Source of the DNA: an uncultured virus (IMG/VR IMGVR_UViG_2061766007_000968)
Taxonomy: Duplodnaviria; Heunggongvirae; Uroviricota; Caudoviricetes
Strand: one strand, 5' to 3'
Length of the DNA: 64,000 bases
Virus record (IMG/VR): IMGVR_UViG_2061766007_000968
Location: 1-64,000 of that record
The notes below the pieces were generated by a model, which saw only the letters and a program-made list of their open reading frames with translations, was not told the DNA's origin and searched no databases. Shown here piece after piece: positions 18,870-28,380 of this stretch. The position numbers and the translations under genes are program-made. Every line of letters starts with the position of its first letter. The first letter of the stretch is position 1.

Positions 18870-19640
18870 TTAGTTGCGGATGAGGATTTCAGACGCCCAT
18901 CCGGATAATACGCCCTCACCAAGCCTTTTCCCCGTTCGTGTCCCATACAAGACAGGGTCTTTCTCATAAAGTTCGCCAGCTGTCTGCAAAATCTTCTTCC
19001 TAGATTCTCCTTTAAGAAGCATATTTGACACCATAAGATACAAAGGAGATTTCATTTTCCAGTCTGTCGCATTCTCTACTTTCTTATCGCACATAGCTCG
19101 AACGGCATTCGGATTCCTGTCTCCTTTCTTTCGACCAAGGTGATCGCAAAAGTTTCCAGATTTTGAGATAAACCCGCCATCTTTCTTTATCTGCTTCTTT
19201 CTCTCCGCAAGGGCGATTTTGGTGTTGACCTGACCCATAATCGCCTGACGCTCCCACATCGCCCACATTACCGTAAGAATGAAGCGGTCTGTACTCGGAA
19301 TGTCACAGAAGATAAGATTCCGCTCTCCGATGGCATCGACGATGTCTAACGCCTCTTGGACATTTCTACAACGATCAGACTTCGCGATTACGAGAACATA
19401 TCCTTCCTTCTTACAAAGCGCGATTGCGTCCCACAAGCCCTTACACTGTCTCAGCTTCGTACCAGAATAGACATCGGTAAAGATTTCCACGGGATCTTTC
19501 CCCATAAACATCTTCGCAATGGATTCCTGAGCCGCTAGGCCGAGTCCGCTCTCGCCCTGACCCTCCGTGGACACTCGGCGCCATAGAACATATGGTCGCG
19601 ACTCCCTAATAGTTTGGAATTCTGATTTCTTCTTTGACAT
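18870..19640 (-). CDS. Serine recombinase (resolvase/invertase family)
   Basis: WRRVST (catalytic Ser)..Q..SGLGLAAQ, D..SG, LVIAKSDRCRN, ER..I...TK.AL. Confidence 0.85.
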   Translation of the reverse strand: MSKKKSEFQTIRESRPYVLWRRVSTEGQGESGLGLAAQESIAKMFMGKDPVEIFTDVYSGTKLRQCKGLWDAIALCKKEGYVLVIAKSDRCRNVQEALDIVDAIGERNLIFCDIPSTDRFILTVMWAMWERQAIMGQVNTKIALAERKKQIKKDGGFISKSGNFCDHLGRKKGDRNPNAVRAMCDKKVENATDWKMKSPLYLMVSNMLLKGESRKKILQTAGELYEKDPVLYGTRTGKRLGEGVLSGWASEILIRN

Positions 19641-19814
19641 AATATGCTTAAACGCTCCTTGTTATTTTGCAATACCCGTAGTCCACGGGCTTCTGACAAG
19701 CCTTCTTGAGTTTGTTATACCACGGGCATGTCAGGCAAAGATTTTTACCGCTTTTCATTGAATAATTCCGGGATGAATGACAGCCCGCAAAGTAGATATA
19801 CTAAAATAAACATA

Positions 19815-20042
19815 TTACTCCTCCTCTACCGTCTTGATTGGGAAATTCCATCTGTCCGTGACAATCAGCGCGCAGGTAGTCCCGGCGCGGTCGAACTTGT
19901 ATCCGAAATACCCGTCCAATTCTTCCGCATTCAGCGTTGCCGAAATGCGCTTGATTTGCTCTATCGCCTCCGGGAGCGTCGGGACTTCTCCGCCGATATT
20001 CGTGCAGAAAATCCCGTTTTCATAAAGCGTGATGTTATACAT
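19815..20042 (-). CDS. Hypothetical protein
   Basis: 75 aa, coupled. Confidence 0.55.
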   Translation of the reverse strand: MYNITLYENGIFCTNIGGEVPTLPEAIEQIKRISATLNAEELDGYFGYKFDRAGTTCALIVTDRWNFPIKTVEEE

Positions 20043-20313
20043 TGGCTTCGAGAGATTTCGTGAAAGCGACTGCCATCGCAGTTGTGGCCTCTATCATCTC
20101 CGGCGTGTCGTACGCGGAGAAATCGAAGGATTTGATGATGTTATTTCCTTCGAAGATTGTCAATATGAAAGATAGGTGCGTGCCGTCTTCCCCGATGCTG
20201 TTGTGAATGGACGCATCCAAGTGAGCGGAATAACCTTTCTTGAGCAGTTCCGGCTGCAGGCCCTGGACTTTTTTGAGCGCGTCCAGGATGACGCTGTCTT
20301 CACTCTTTGTCAT
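20035..20313 (-). CDS. Hypothetical protein
   Basis: 92 aa, aaagttATG start context. Confidence 0.65.
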   Translation of the reverse strand: MTKSEDSVILDALKKVQGLQPELLKKGYSAHLDASIHNSIGEDGTHLSFILTIFEGNNIIKSFDFSAYDTPEMIEATTAMAVAFTKSLEANV

Positions 20314-20360
20314 AACTTTGCTAATTTATAAGTTTTATTGTTTCCTTGCAAGAACTATGC

Positions 20361-20615
20361 CTAAAATTCATTGTATTCTTCTTCCGAAATCGCTTCGACG
20401 AGGAACTCCCCATCGTGCGCCTCGTAGAGTTCACCGATGCAGGCCAACTCGCCCCATCCGTCTACCTCGATTGCGTATGGGATGTAATTTGACGGACATT
20501 TCTTCAGCCCGACAAGCTCGTGGATGACATCGTATAAGATCTGACTCCCCGCCGGTGCCTTGACAACCTTCTCCCTAATGAGGATGTTATCCCTGATGTA
20601 AAAATAAGTTGCCAT
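20361..20615 (-). CDS. Hypothetical protein
   Basis: 84 aa. Confidence 0.6.
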   Translation of the reverse strand: MATYFYIRDNILIREKVVKAPAGSQILYDVIHELVGLKKCPSNYIPYAIEVDGWGELACIGELYEAHDGEFLVEAISEEEYNEF

Positions 20616-20774
20616 ACTATTCGTAAGTTTGTTTGTTCATTTCTTTCCAGATGCCGTATACGGCTTTATAGAAATCGGTTTCCGAGTTCGGAATCCCTTT
20701 GTAGCCTTCGTCGAGCAGGGCGTCGCGGATAAGCCCCTTGATGCGGAAGAGTTCCGCGCGCAGCATTGCTTTTG

Positions 20775-21161
20775 TCATTTCTTCTTTTTTTGTGATTTGA
20801 CAATCGTGACTTTTTTGCCGGCCTCGGCAAGAATCTTGACCGCCTTCCAGATGTCAGCGTCCATCTGGTCTGCGTAAAAGTGAAAGTCATCAGCGCCACG
20901 GTAGCAGTCATCCTTCATCGCACGCTTGAGATGACCGGTGTCACACCAGAACCCGATGAGCTGCACCCTCTTGTCTCCCTTCTTTACCTTCTCTCCGAAC
21001 TCATCGTGGTCCTCCGATACCTTGTAGAAGTACATGTCAGCCCAAAGGTCTACATTGGCGTGACACATCCAGTTCTTGAATTTCTTATCCGGCTCATCCG
21101 GCCAGCGCTCGGTCTTGGTGTAGTAACCGATGCGATTCTTGTAACTTACTCTCAGTGCCAT
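20775..21161 (-). CDS. Hypothetical protein
   Basis: 128 aa. Confidence 0.7.
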   Translation of the reverse strand: MALRVSYKNRIGYYTKTERWPDEPDKKFKNWMCHANVDLWADMYFYKVSEDHDEFGEKVKKGDKRVQLIGFWCDTGHLKRAMKDDCYRGADDFHFYADQMDADIWKAVKILAEAGKKVTIVKSQKKKK

Positions 21162-21163
21162 AA

Positions 21164-21352
21164 TTAATAATCAAACGCCTCCTTAGCGCCGTCTAAAAGT
21201 TGAAGATAAATCTCAGTGTAACGCTCTCTCTCAGCGCCCTCGCAGCATCGCATTCCCTCAAGGAAGAACGCGATAGCCTCTGACCGCTCCCAAATCTTGG
21301 ACTCGCCGTAGCAAGTCACGACCACTAGGTCTGCTTTCTTCTTTCGTGCCAT
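21164..21352 (-). CDS. Hypothetical protein (CEGAERERY motif)
   Basis: VTCYG..W.R..A..FF...CEG.ERERY..I, a small gut-phage family recalled from memory. Confidence 0.7.
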   Translation of the reverse strand: MARKKKADLVVVTCYGESKIWERSEAIAFFLEGMRCCEGAERERYTEIYLQLLDGAKEAFDY

Positions 21353-21354
21353 AA

Positions 21355-21546
21355 CTATTCCTCCCCAATTTTGTTAAGAATCGCCCGATAGTTCTGAATC
21401 TGCCAGTTGAAATCGTATCCGGAGAGACCGGCCTCGATGCACTGGTCTCTCAAGGATGCGATGTGTTTGATGTGTGCGACAAGCGCATTGGCAACCAACT
21501 CCCTATCGTAGCTGCTCAGATAGATATCTCCGCTTGTGTAGTCCAT
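21355..21546 (-). CDS. Hypothetical protein
   Basis: 63 aa. Confidence 0.55.
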   Translation of the reverse strand: MDYTSGDIYLSSYDRELVANALVAHIKHIASLRDQCIEAGLSGYDFNWQIQNYRAILNKIGEE

Positions 21547-21549
21547 ATC

Positions 21550-21852
21550 CTACCCCTCCACCGCTACGAGGTTGAACACATTGAATGACCGCCATCCCTG
21601 CACGGTCAAGTCCCAATACTTAACAAGCGTCGGCACTTCCGGCTGCGCCTTTCCTACGGGCTCCCAGACCTTGCCGTCCTCCTGAATCATCTTCTCGCGG
21701 ACAAGCGTACCGACAGCCTCTCGCAGACTGCCGTCCTTCTTCTTGAACTGAAACCGCACAGCGGTCTCCATCATCTTGCTCTCGAGGAGCATAACCTCAT
21801 CGGCCTTGAACTCATCGAGTCCGAGCTTGACCAATTCTTCACGATTCTTCAT
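21550..21852 (-). CDS. WYL-like SH3 beta-barrel protein (DUF2693-like)
   Basis: VRFQFKKKDGSLREAVGTL..YWDL..GWRSF; likely start is the ATG at 21852. Confidence 0.8.
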   Translation of the reverse strand: MKNREELVKLGLDEFKADEVMLLESKMMETAVRFQFKKKDGSLREAVGTLVREKMIQEDGKVWEPVGKAQPEVPTLVKYWDLTVQGWRSFNVFNLVAVEG

Positions 21853-21993
21853 AACTTTGCTTTCTTTTAATGTTGTCGATATACCTTTTCCACTGGCCGG
21901 CGGAGTCGAACTCGATCCACTTTTCTCCGACCAGACTTTTATAGCCACGCCCCCATTCATAGAGGGCATAGCCTTCGTAAGTGATCAGCGCGC

Positions 21994-22212
21994 TCATTCC
22001 ACATAATCGCTGAGGTAGTCATACGCATCCTGCACGCTGCTCGCGGCATCCTCAAGTGCGGAAATCATATCCGCATACGCCTCACCCTTCTCGCTTTCCT
22101 GCCAACGCTCGGTGCGGTTGTCAAACACATCCTGCGCATCCTGCGCCATCTGCTCCAATTCTTCCTGAAGATCGAGCAACTTGTCTGTAATCTTGTCAAT
22201 TTTCTTTTTCAT
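21994..22212 (-). CDS. Acidic helical hypothetical protein
   Basis: 72 aa; FDNR.E.WQESEKGE motif. Confidence 0.7.
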   Translation of the reverse strand: MKKKIDKITDKLLDLQEELEQMAQDAQDVFDNRTERWQESEKGEAYADMISALEDAASSVQDAYDYLSDYVE

Positions 22213-22256
22213 AACTCATATTTTTATGGTGTTTCCTAGCAAGAAATATGCCGTCT

Positions 22257-22523
22257 CTAACGAACTCGCTCCCGTACAACATTAAGTTTGAACTCGGCAT
22301 CCGGAATAAACTTGAGAACGCTCTCCCTTGCAAGCCGGAATGCGGAATCCTTTCTTGTCCGAGAGCCGACCTCCTCGAAGAACGGCCAGCCGGCAAAGAC
22401 TACATACTTGCCATCCTTCCGGTCTACTACAGCCACCAAATCACCGCTCTCCTTGACAGTAAATTTCGTGTACTTGCCTTGCCGGCAAAGCACCTCGGTA
22501 ATGATGATTCTAGTTGTTTCCAT
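22257..22523 (-). CDS. Hypothetical protein
   Basis: Likely start METTRII (agttATG context). Confidence 0.6.
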   Translation of the reverse strand: METTRIIITEVLCRQGKYTKFTVKESGDLVAVVDRKDGKYVVFAGWPFFEEVGSRTRKDSAFRLARESVLKFIPDAEFKLNVVRERVR

Positions 22524-22685
22524 AACTAACAGATTATTGCCTTCCCCGTAATAATGTCGTTCCACTGTTTTGCAGTGCATACGCAGTACATCTCTTTCGA
22601 GGTTAAGTAGTGTACCTCAAGCCCGAGATACCAAGAGGCGTCTTTATTTGCCTCCTCCCTAGTCGCATACCATTTGGGTTTCATA

Positions 22686-23402
22686 TCAGTGTGCTTCAAA
22701 TAAGATTCTCTCGCCGGGTTTCAGGGACCAGCAGCCCTCGTCCTTTACGGCACAGGCGGAGCAATCTCCACCGCACCAGATGCCGCTCGGCACAAGCTCT
22801 CCCTTCCACACCGGCCTCGATGTCGGCAAGTTGTGCGGATTCGGCACATCCAAGCCACGCCACTCGCTGAAGATGATGTGCAGGTTCTCCGGCAATTCTC
22901 CGTTGTAGTCAATCCATCGGTTCACGATATCAAACTGCTTCGTGAACGCAAGCACCTGGCAGTGAGGATTACGCTTGGATACCTCGACCATGCCATCAAA
23001 GAAGTCTCCGCTCAATATGTCTCCCGAAACGAAAAACCGGAACCACTTGTTCTTCTTCATTTCCCCGTCCACCTCTCGGAAGAACTTCTCCGGATCTCTC
23101 CTGGCGATTGCGCTGTTGTTGGCGAACGCGGCCCGGCTCGCCTCGTAGCAGGCGATGTTCCGCGCTGCATAACAGCCCTTCGCGCAGCATGCGCAATTTC
23201 GGCCACAATCGGCAATCGGGATAAGCGACACCGACGGTACAAGGTTGCCAGTCTTGCGGTTGCCGTAGGAGAACTTGACATGCGCGTTCTCCACATCCAC
23301 CTGACCGCGCAGGTCTACCATCTTCTTGACTCTGGTCGCGATGGTCTCTTCCTTAAATTCGACATAGTTGTGTATGCCGGTGAGTGCTTTGTGTGTTGCC
23401 AT
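22686..23402 (-). CDS. Gp88-like Cys-rich protein
   Basis: GNRKTG..SL.P..C..C..C..GCYA, FRFFVSGDI, AFTK, NL.I.FS, C.GDC.AC..GCW. Confidence 0.75.
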   Translation of the reverse strand: MATHKALTGIHNYVEFKEETIATRVKKMVDLRGQVDVENAHVKFSYGNRKTGNLVPSVSLIPIADCGRNCACCAKGCYAARNIACYEASRAAFANNSAIARRDPEKFFREVDGEMKKNKWFRFFVSGDILSGDFFDGMVEVSKRNPHCQVLAFTKQFDIVNRWIDYNGELPENLHIIFSEWRGLDVPNPHNLPTSRPVWKGELVPSGIWCGGDCSACAVKDEGCWSLKPGERILFEAH

Positions 23403-23403
23403 G

Positions 23404-23640
23404 TTAACGTAAAATTGTGTGTTCTATATAATTGATATAAAAGTCTTTCTTGTCGTACTCGAAGACTCTGTTGAAGCGCTTCCTTTTACTGGGAGACAAA
23501 GCAGTGTCCGCCCAGGCGAACCATGCGAAATTCTTCGGATTTTCCCTAGGCATTGATTCAAACTCCTCTTTCGACAACCGGAATGTTTCAAAGTTCCAGC
23601 CCTGAGTGATTATAACCTTGTAGTTTAATACCTTTGCCAT
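23404..23640 (-). CDS. Hypothetical protein
   Basis: 78 aa. Confidence 0.6.
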   Translation of the reverse strand: MAKVLNYKVIITQGWNFETFRLSKEEFESMPRENPKNFAWFAWADTALSPSKRKRFNRVFEYDKKDFYINYIEHTILR

Positions 23641-23645
23641 AACTC

Positions 23646-23882
23646 TTACTTTAAAATTGTCCTTGTCACTACATAATAATCGCGGAAGAACTCTCCGCCG
23701 CTCTTCATAACATGAATCAGTCCATTGATGCCTTCCTTCACAATCATCCCCTTCTCTTTCCAGTAGTCGCGAATCTGATCCATCCTCTCGCGCGCTCCGT
23801 CAAAGGTCGCGTGCGGTGTCTGCAACTGCTTATCTCCGTTCTGATATTCGCAGTAGACCAGATAGATAATGTTGCCAATCAT
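23646..23882 (-). CDS. Hypothetical protein
   Basis: 78 aa. Confidence 0.6.
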   Translation of the reverse strand: MIGNIIYLVYCEYQNGDKQLQTPHATFDGARERMDQIRDYWKEKGMIVKEGINGLIHVMKSGGEFFRDYYVVTRTILK

Positions 23883-23885
23883 AAT

Positions 23886-24233
23886 CTAGAATATGTAGTG
23901 AAACTGTCTGTCCTCTGGCGTGTCTTTCGTCTCCTTGACGATATAACACCAGAGTGTGCTACGCGCCCCGTACCACTCCTCTCGGGCAATGTGGTAGCCC
24001 TTCTTCTTGAACTCTTCGAATGCGGCCTGGCGTTCATCCATCGTGAATTCTTTGAATGTCCGCTTGTCGTTGGGGTCGTGGTAGTCGTGGTATCCGGTAA
24101 ATCCAGGCTTCCCGTCCATTGACACGTGCGTGTCGCAGTAGTTAAGATGTCCTTTCGTAAACATAGCGGCCACAAGTCGATTGACCACCTCCGGCCTCAC
24201 TTGAGGCTTGCTGTTGTTGGGTAATTCAAACAT
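23886..24233 (-). CDS. Hypothetical protein
   Basis: 115 aa. Confidence 0.65.
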   Translation of the reverse strand: MFELPNNSKPQVRPEVVNRLVAAMFTKGHLNYCDTHVSMDGKPGFTGYHDYHDPNDKRTFKEFTMDERQAAFEEFKKKGYHIAREEWYGARSTLWCYIVKETKDTPEDRQFHYIF

Positions 24234-24235
24234 AT

Positions 24236-24430
24236 CTACTCAAATTTAATCGTTACTTTCAACCCGAGCGCATCAGCATAAGCGAGCATGCGTTTCAGTG
24301 TCAGACCGACTCTGCCGTTCTCGATTTCCGAGATTTTCGTGCGGACAGTGCCCATCCTACGAGCAACTTCCGTAATGCTCAGATGCTGCCGTATCCGGTG
24401 CATCTTCAGTTCGTTGATAATTTCTTCCAT
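24236..24430 (-). CDS. XRE-family HTH protein
   Basis: RIRQHLSITEVARRMGTVRTKISEIENG..TL..YADALG; start MEEIIN at 24430. Confidence 0.8.
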   Translation of the reverse strand: MEEIINELKMHRIRQHLSITEVARRMGTVRTKISEIENGRVGLTLKRMLAYADALGLKVTIKFE

Positions 24431-24621
24431 TACTTGAATATCTCTAAAATGTCCGTGAAGAAGAAACTGACCTTCGGGAACGTTCCGTTCTCGCAGTCGG
24501 TTTTGTAGTGCTGGTCGAAATAGGACAGGAAGTCCTCCATCGTGAGATCGTTCCATTCAATCTCGATGCCCTGCTCTTTCAGTATCGAAACAGCCTGGCG
24601 CAATGTCACTCTTTGTGCCAT
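24430..24621 (-). CDS. Hypothetical protein
   Basis: Likely start MAQRVTL; coupled to the HTH gene. Confidence 0.55.
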   Translation of the reverse strand: MAQRVTLRQAVSILKEQGIEIEWNDLTMEDFLSYFDQHYKTDCENGTFPKVSFFFTDILEIFK

Positions 24622-24798
24622 AGCATCAGAAGCAAAGTTGATCGAAGTAGTCCATCTCCAGCCCGTAGCCGAGGAGCAAATCCTCGACATCGCCGTAGTT
24701 CACATCCTCCGTGTTCAGGAGGTCATTGAAGTCCTTGCGCAAGTTCTTCGCCTCGCGCTCGCCGATTACACTTGAAATTGATTTTGCCATAACTTTGA

Positions 24799-25059
24799 TT
24801 ATTTGAGTTCTACTTCCTGAAGATACACACCATAATGACTCGTGCCCCAGTATCCCTCTGGATAGGTCTCATAATATGCGGCGCCCTGCGACTCTTCCCA
24901 CTCTTCCTCCGCGAACTCTCTCTTTGCGTCCTCTACGATGTCCTCATACCGCCTCAACGCATCCTCCTTTTTGGCGAACGCCTCCGGTTTGTGGCTGAAA
25001 CTCTCGAAGTCAAAAACTTCGTCGATAGTGATAATATAAATCTTCATAACTCTGTCCAT
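24799..25059 (-). CDS. Acidic hypothetical protein
   Basis: 86 aa. Confidence 0.65.
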   Translation of the reverse strand: MDRVMKIYIITIDEVFDFESFSHKPEAFAKKEDALRRYEDIVEDAKREFAEEEWEESQGAAYYETYPEGYWGTSHYGVYLQEVELK

Positions 25060-25216
25060 TTATTTGGTTAAACCCATTCGATTTTTTCCGTTTTTTGAAT
25101 CCTCTCCCACTCATCCATGCACCTCTTGTTGTCCTTCCAGACCGCTCCGCACAGATATTTGCATGAGCGCGTCGTGTATAGGCCGATGTACCGGCCGTTG
25201 TCCCTTGCGTACATGG

Positions 25217-25474
25217 CTAATTCACATTCTGATTAAACCACTTGCAATAATCCGCATAGGTGTTGAACACCCTGTAAGAGTCATTCCGCATCTGGCCCGG
25301 ATCGAACCCTTCCTTCGAGTTCGCGGTCAGTTTGTCCAGCGGAATCAGGTAGATAGTAGGCTCGCTCCCTGGGGAAATAGCCAGCTCAATGTCGTCCTCG
25401 TACTGGACGTCCTTGATGATGTCAGCGTACAGGCCGCTCTCGACCTCCACGCACTCGGCAATTAACTTATACAT
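25217..25474 (-). CDS. Hypothetical protein
   Basis: 85 aa. Confidence 0.6.
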   Translation of the reverse strand: MYKLIAECVEVESGLYADIIKDVQYEDDIELAISPGSEPTIYLIPLDKLTANSKEGFDPGQMRNDSYRVFNTYADYCKWFNQNVN

Positions 25475-25633
25475 GTGTCCTTTTCATCGTTAACATTCCT
25501 CGTCCCTCATATCATACTCCAACAATGTCTCCAAGTTCTCGGTCGTAAGCTCTTCCTCCGTCCAACCGTCAGCCAAAAGCCCGGCCAGAAACACCTCCGG
25601 AACGGGCTGTCCAAATGCAACTGCTTTCATATT

Positions 25634-25867
25634 CTATTCCTCCCAGATGATTTCATCAATCAACTCCTCTAGATCAATTCCCTCAAGGAAGTCAACCGCG
25701 TATCCGTTCTCTTCCGCCCACTCCATCGCGCAGTTCTCTATCTCGTTGCGGAACCAAGCCGGAATCGGCATCCGCTTTCCAATGTAACTCAGTGCCATCC
25801 CGCACTTAATGTCCAAATCCTCTATGTTCGCAGCACAATAGGCCGCGATTTCTTTCATCTGGTCCAT
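25634..25867 (-). CDS. Acidic hypothetical protein
   Basis: 77 aa. Confidence 0.6.
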   Translation of the reverse strand: MDQMKEIAAYCAANIEDLDIKCGMALSYIGKRMPIPAWFRNEIENCAMEWAEENGYAVDFLEGIDLEELIDEIIWEE

Positions 25868-25869
25868 AA

Positions 25870-26196
25870 TTACTCTACATAAAAGTCCCTAACAAATCCA
25901 CCCTTGAACCGGGCGCACAACTCAGCCCATTCCGGCATAGAAAACCGCTGGCCGTTCCTGCTCAAGCATACCGGGTACAACCCGCCAGGCACATGCGTGA
26001 AGCAGTCGCCAGCCTTCGTTCCGTTAAATCCTACCGCGAAGTAAAGGTTCACAGGATCAACCTGCTCGCCCGCATCATTCACATAGTACAGGTCCCCAAC
26101 CATCTGAGGACCTGACTTATTCAGACCTTCGCACTTGTCAAGCAAGGCCATCTTCTCTGCCCGGGTCTGCTCGGCCCATTCTTCCCATGTGCTCAT
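25870..26196 (-). CDS. Hypothetical protein
   Basis: 108 aa, coupled. Confidence 0.6.
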   Translation of the reverse strand: MSTWEEWAEQTRAEKMALLDKCEGLNKSGPQMVGDLYYVNDAGEQVDPVNLYFAVGFNGTKAGDCFTHVPGGLYPVCLSRNGQRFSMPEWAELCARFKGGFVRDFYVE

Positions 26197-26507
26197 TTTA
26201 TTTCCTCCAGCAATTCGTTGAGTTCGTCTTCTGAATCAAAGTGACCGCCAAGGCTCGTCCTCTGGCCGTCCATTGTCAGCACCGTCAGCCAGGCGCCACA
26301 ATCCCCAAACATCATATTGAAGATCGCAAGAGGCGTATGGCTCAACTGTCTCTCGGTTTCTCGTGCCATTTCAGCATTAGAGGCCGAATTGGCAACCTCG
26401 CATAGGTATCCGTTTCGCTCAAAGTAACTGTACGGATGACAGAAGATAGGATTCGGCATCCCGTTGAACGTGCGGTCGAATACCGCCTTGATTTCTTTGG
26501 TTTCCAT
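26193..26507 (-). CDS. Hypothetical protein
   Basis: 104 aa. Confidence 0.6.
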   Translation of the reverse strand: METKEIKAVFDRTFNGMPNPIFCHPYSYFERNGYLCEVANSASNAEMARETERQLSHTPLAIFNMMFGDCGAWLTVLTMDGQRTSLGGHFDSEDELNELLEEIK

Positions 26508-26651
26508 ATTATTCGTTATTTACTCGGTTATACAATTCCTCCGGGACGAAGGTGTAAATCACATTGTCATCGCTCGCGGCCACAATCACATCTTCCGACC
26601 ACATCCACTCCTGACTCTCCGGCCAGTCGACTCTTATGTACTTATCCATAA

Positions 26652-26846
26652 CTATTCCTCGTTAATGTTTCCAATTCTTTCGACCTCTTCATCGAAAAAC
26701 CCTCCGCCAGTATACACATACATTCCGGAGAGAACATAGAACCGCTCTCCCATCGTGCCCAGGATTGCACCGCCCTTCACATAGAATCCGCTGTCCTGCC
26801 CAGGATACCTGAACTTGTCGCCTTGCTTTAATGCTCCTAGTTTCAT
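26652..26846 (-). CDS. Hypothetical protein
   Basis: 64 aa; LKQGDKF SH3-like start. Confidence 0.55.
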   Translation of the reverse strand: MKLGALKQGDKFRYPGQDSGFYVKGGAILGTMGERFYVLSGMYVYTGGGFFDEEVERIGNINEE

Positions 26847-26927
26847 TTTACTTTACTTTTTATTGTTGTCCTTACGCCTCATCCAATTTGCAAGCGGACA
26901 GCCTGTCACAGCCGTCCGCCCGATCCT

Positions 26928-27101
26928 CTACTCCGCTACATCCACCGCCTCGTTCGACACATAATCGACCTGGTCGAGCGTGCCGTAGCCCTTGTCCTCG
27001 GCGTACTTAATCGCCGCCCCGAAAGTCTTCGCGACAATCTTCGAGTAATGGTAATCGCCACCTTCCTCGATAAACTTGATAGTCCAATTCTTGTACTCCA
27101 T
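26928..27101 (-). CDS. Hypothetical protein
   Basis: Likely start MEYKNW (agttATG context). Confidence 0.55.
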   Translation of the reverse strand: MEYKNWTIKFIEEGGDYHYSKIVAKTFGAAIKYAEDKGYGTLDQVDYVSNEAVDVAE

Positions 27102-27317
27102 AACTAAAACATTAAATAAAGTGAAACAATTGCCGTTACAATTCCAAGGAGAGCCATTACGGCATCCTCCCACCATTTACGATTCGTTTTCATCGCTCAC
27201 AACCTCTATAGTTACTCCGTTCATCAACATCATCCAAGCGCAGTAATCCACCACCGCCAGCTCCGCCACGAGAACCATCCCGAGCAGACCTCTACGAATA
27301 TCTTTCTTGTCCATCGC

Positions 27318-27641
27318 CTAGTCCATATGATCCGCCCAAATCGGCTGTCCGTCCCACTTCTCGAGGTTGTAGTGGTCGTGCCTCGCGTAACTGCCGGTCT
27401 CAAGACCTCGCTTGCCCTGGCGGATTGTAGCCTCCCCACGGTCGTACCACAATTCGTTCTCATCGGGCACTTCGTACCCCTGCTGTCCGTATCCGCCATC
27501 GGTCGGCTGAACCATCCGACTGCCTAAACGGACTGCCTTCGCTGACTTCGCGGTCACTTTTGTCACTCTGAACCACACCGGAAAATGCATCGTGTAATGC
27601 CACATCCCCACGAGGATGTCACCAACTTTGATCTGTTCCAT
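27318..27641 (-). CDS. SH3-like hypothetical protein
   Basis: IKVGDILVG.W.Y....WFRVTKVT.KS..WDGQP pattern. Confidence 0.7.
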   Translation of the reverse strand: MEQIKVGDILVGMWHYTMHFPVWFRVTKVTAKSAKAVRLGSRMVQPTDGGYGQQGYEVPDENELWYDRGEATIRQGKRGLETGSYARHDHYNLEKWDGQPIWADHMD

Positions 27642-27660
27642 AATCGTTGCTTGTTTATTG

Positions 27661-27816
27661 TTAGTTAATAGTCCTGACTCTCCACTCCACTCCCGTCCGC
27701 CACTCCATATCCTTGCGCACCTTCATCGCGCACTCCATCGTCCGGCAAAAGGTCGGACAAAATCCCTTGACATATGCCACGGGGTAAATCTTGAATTTGT
27801 AGTTGTTCGTTTCCAT
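27661..27816 (-). CDS. Small hypothetical protein (not in the ORF track)
   Basis: agttATG start; reads METNNYKFKIYP...VRTIN*. Confidence 0.5.
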   Translation of the reverse strand: METNNYKFKIYPVAYVKGFCPTFCRTMECAMKVRKDMEWRTGVEWRVRTIN

Positions 27817-27889
27817 AACTATTTGAATTAGTGACTTTGGACACTCCGAGCACTCGCTCGGGTAACATTAAAGCGAAGCGAATCATTTC

Positions 27890-28376
27890 ATCCTGATCCG
27901 CCCCGCTCCCATCTGTTTTCGGCTATTTATATCAACGGCTCGGATTTATTGCAGTCATCGCGTCTTACGGCTTTTGCCCACACCGCTCTTGCATACCTAC
28001 CTCGTTTGTTGCTCTGGCACTTTATCCGTGTTGTCCTCCCACGGCTTTGTGCGCGGTCTCCTCCTTACTTTGATGGTCATTCGCTCGCTCGTTCCGTTGT
28101 GATTCAAGCAACCGCTCAAGGTTATTCGACCTATTCGCATATGCTCGTTTCAGGTTCGGTCGGGGCACAGTTATCCCCCATCGTTTCGGGCATTCCGCTC
28201 TGCACTTGCTTACCTATAACCCCAACGGTGCAGTATCGGGGCGGCTCTTATTTAATCGTGCTTGCGTTTGTTGGTATCGTGCAATTGCTTGCAGTCCTCC
28301 GCGAAGTCGCTTGCAGTCTTAAAAAGTCCGATTAATTCTTTGTAATTGTGTGGACACATTCAAGTCCACACAATTA
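27890..28376 (-). ncRNA. Candidate large structured non-coding RNA
   Basis: No ORF of 60 aa or more on the transcribed strand; long-range pairing 27898-27905 / 28237-28244 and several internal hairpins. Confidence 0.35.
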
Positions 28377-28380
28377 GACA

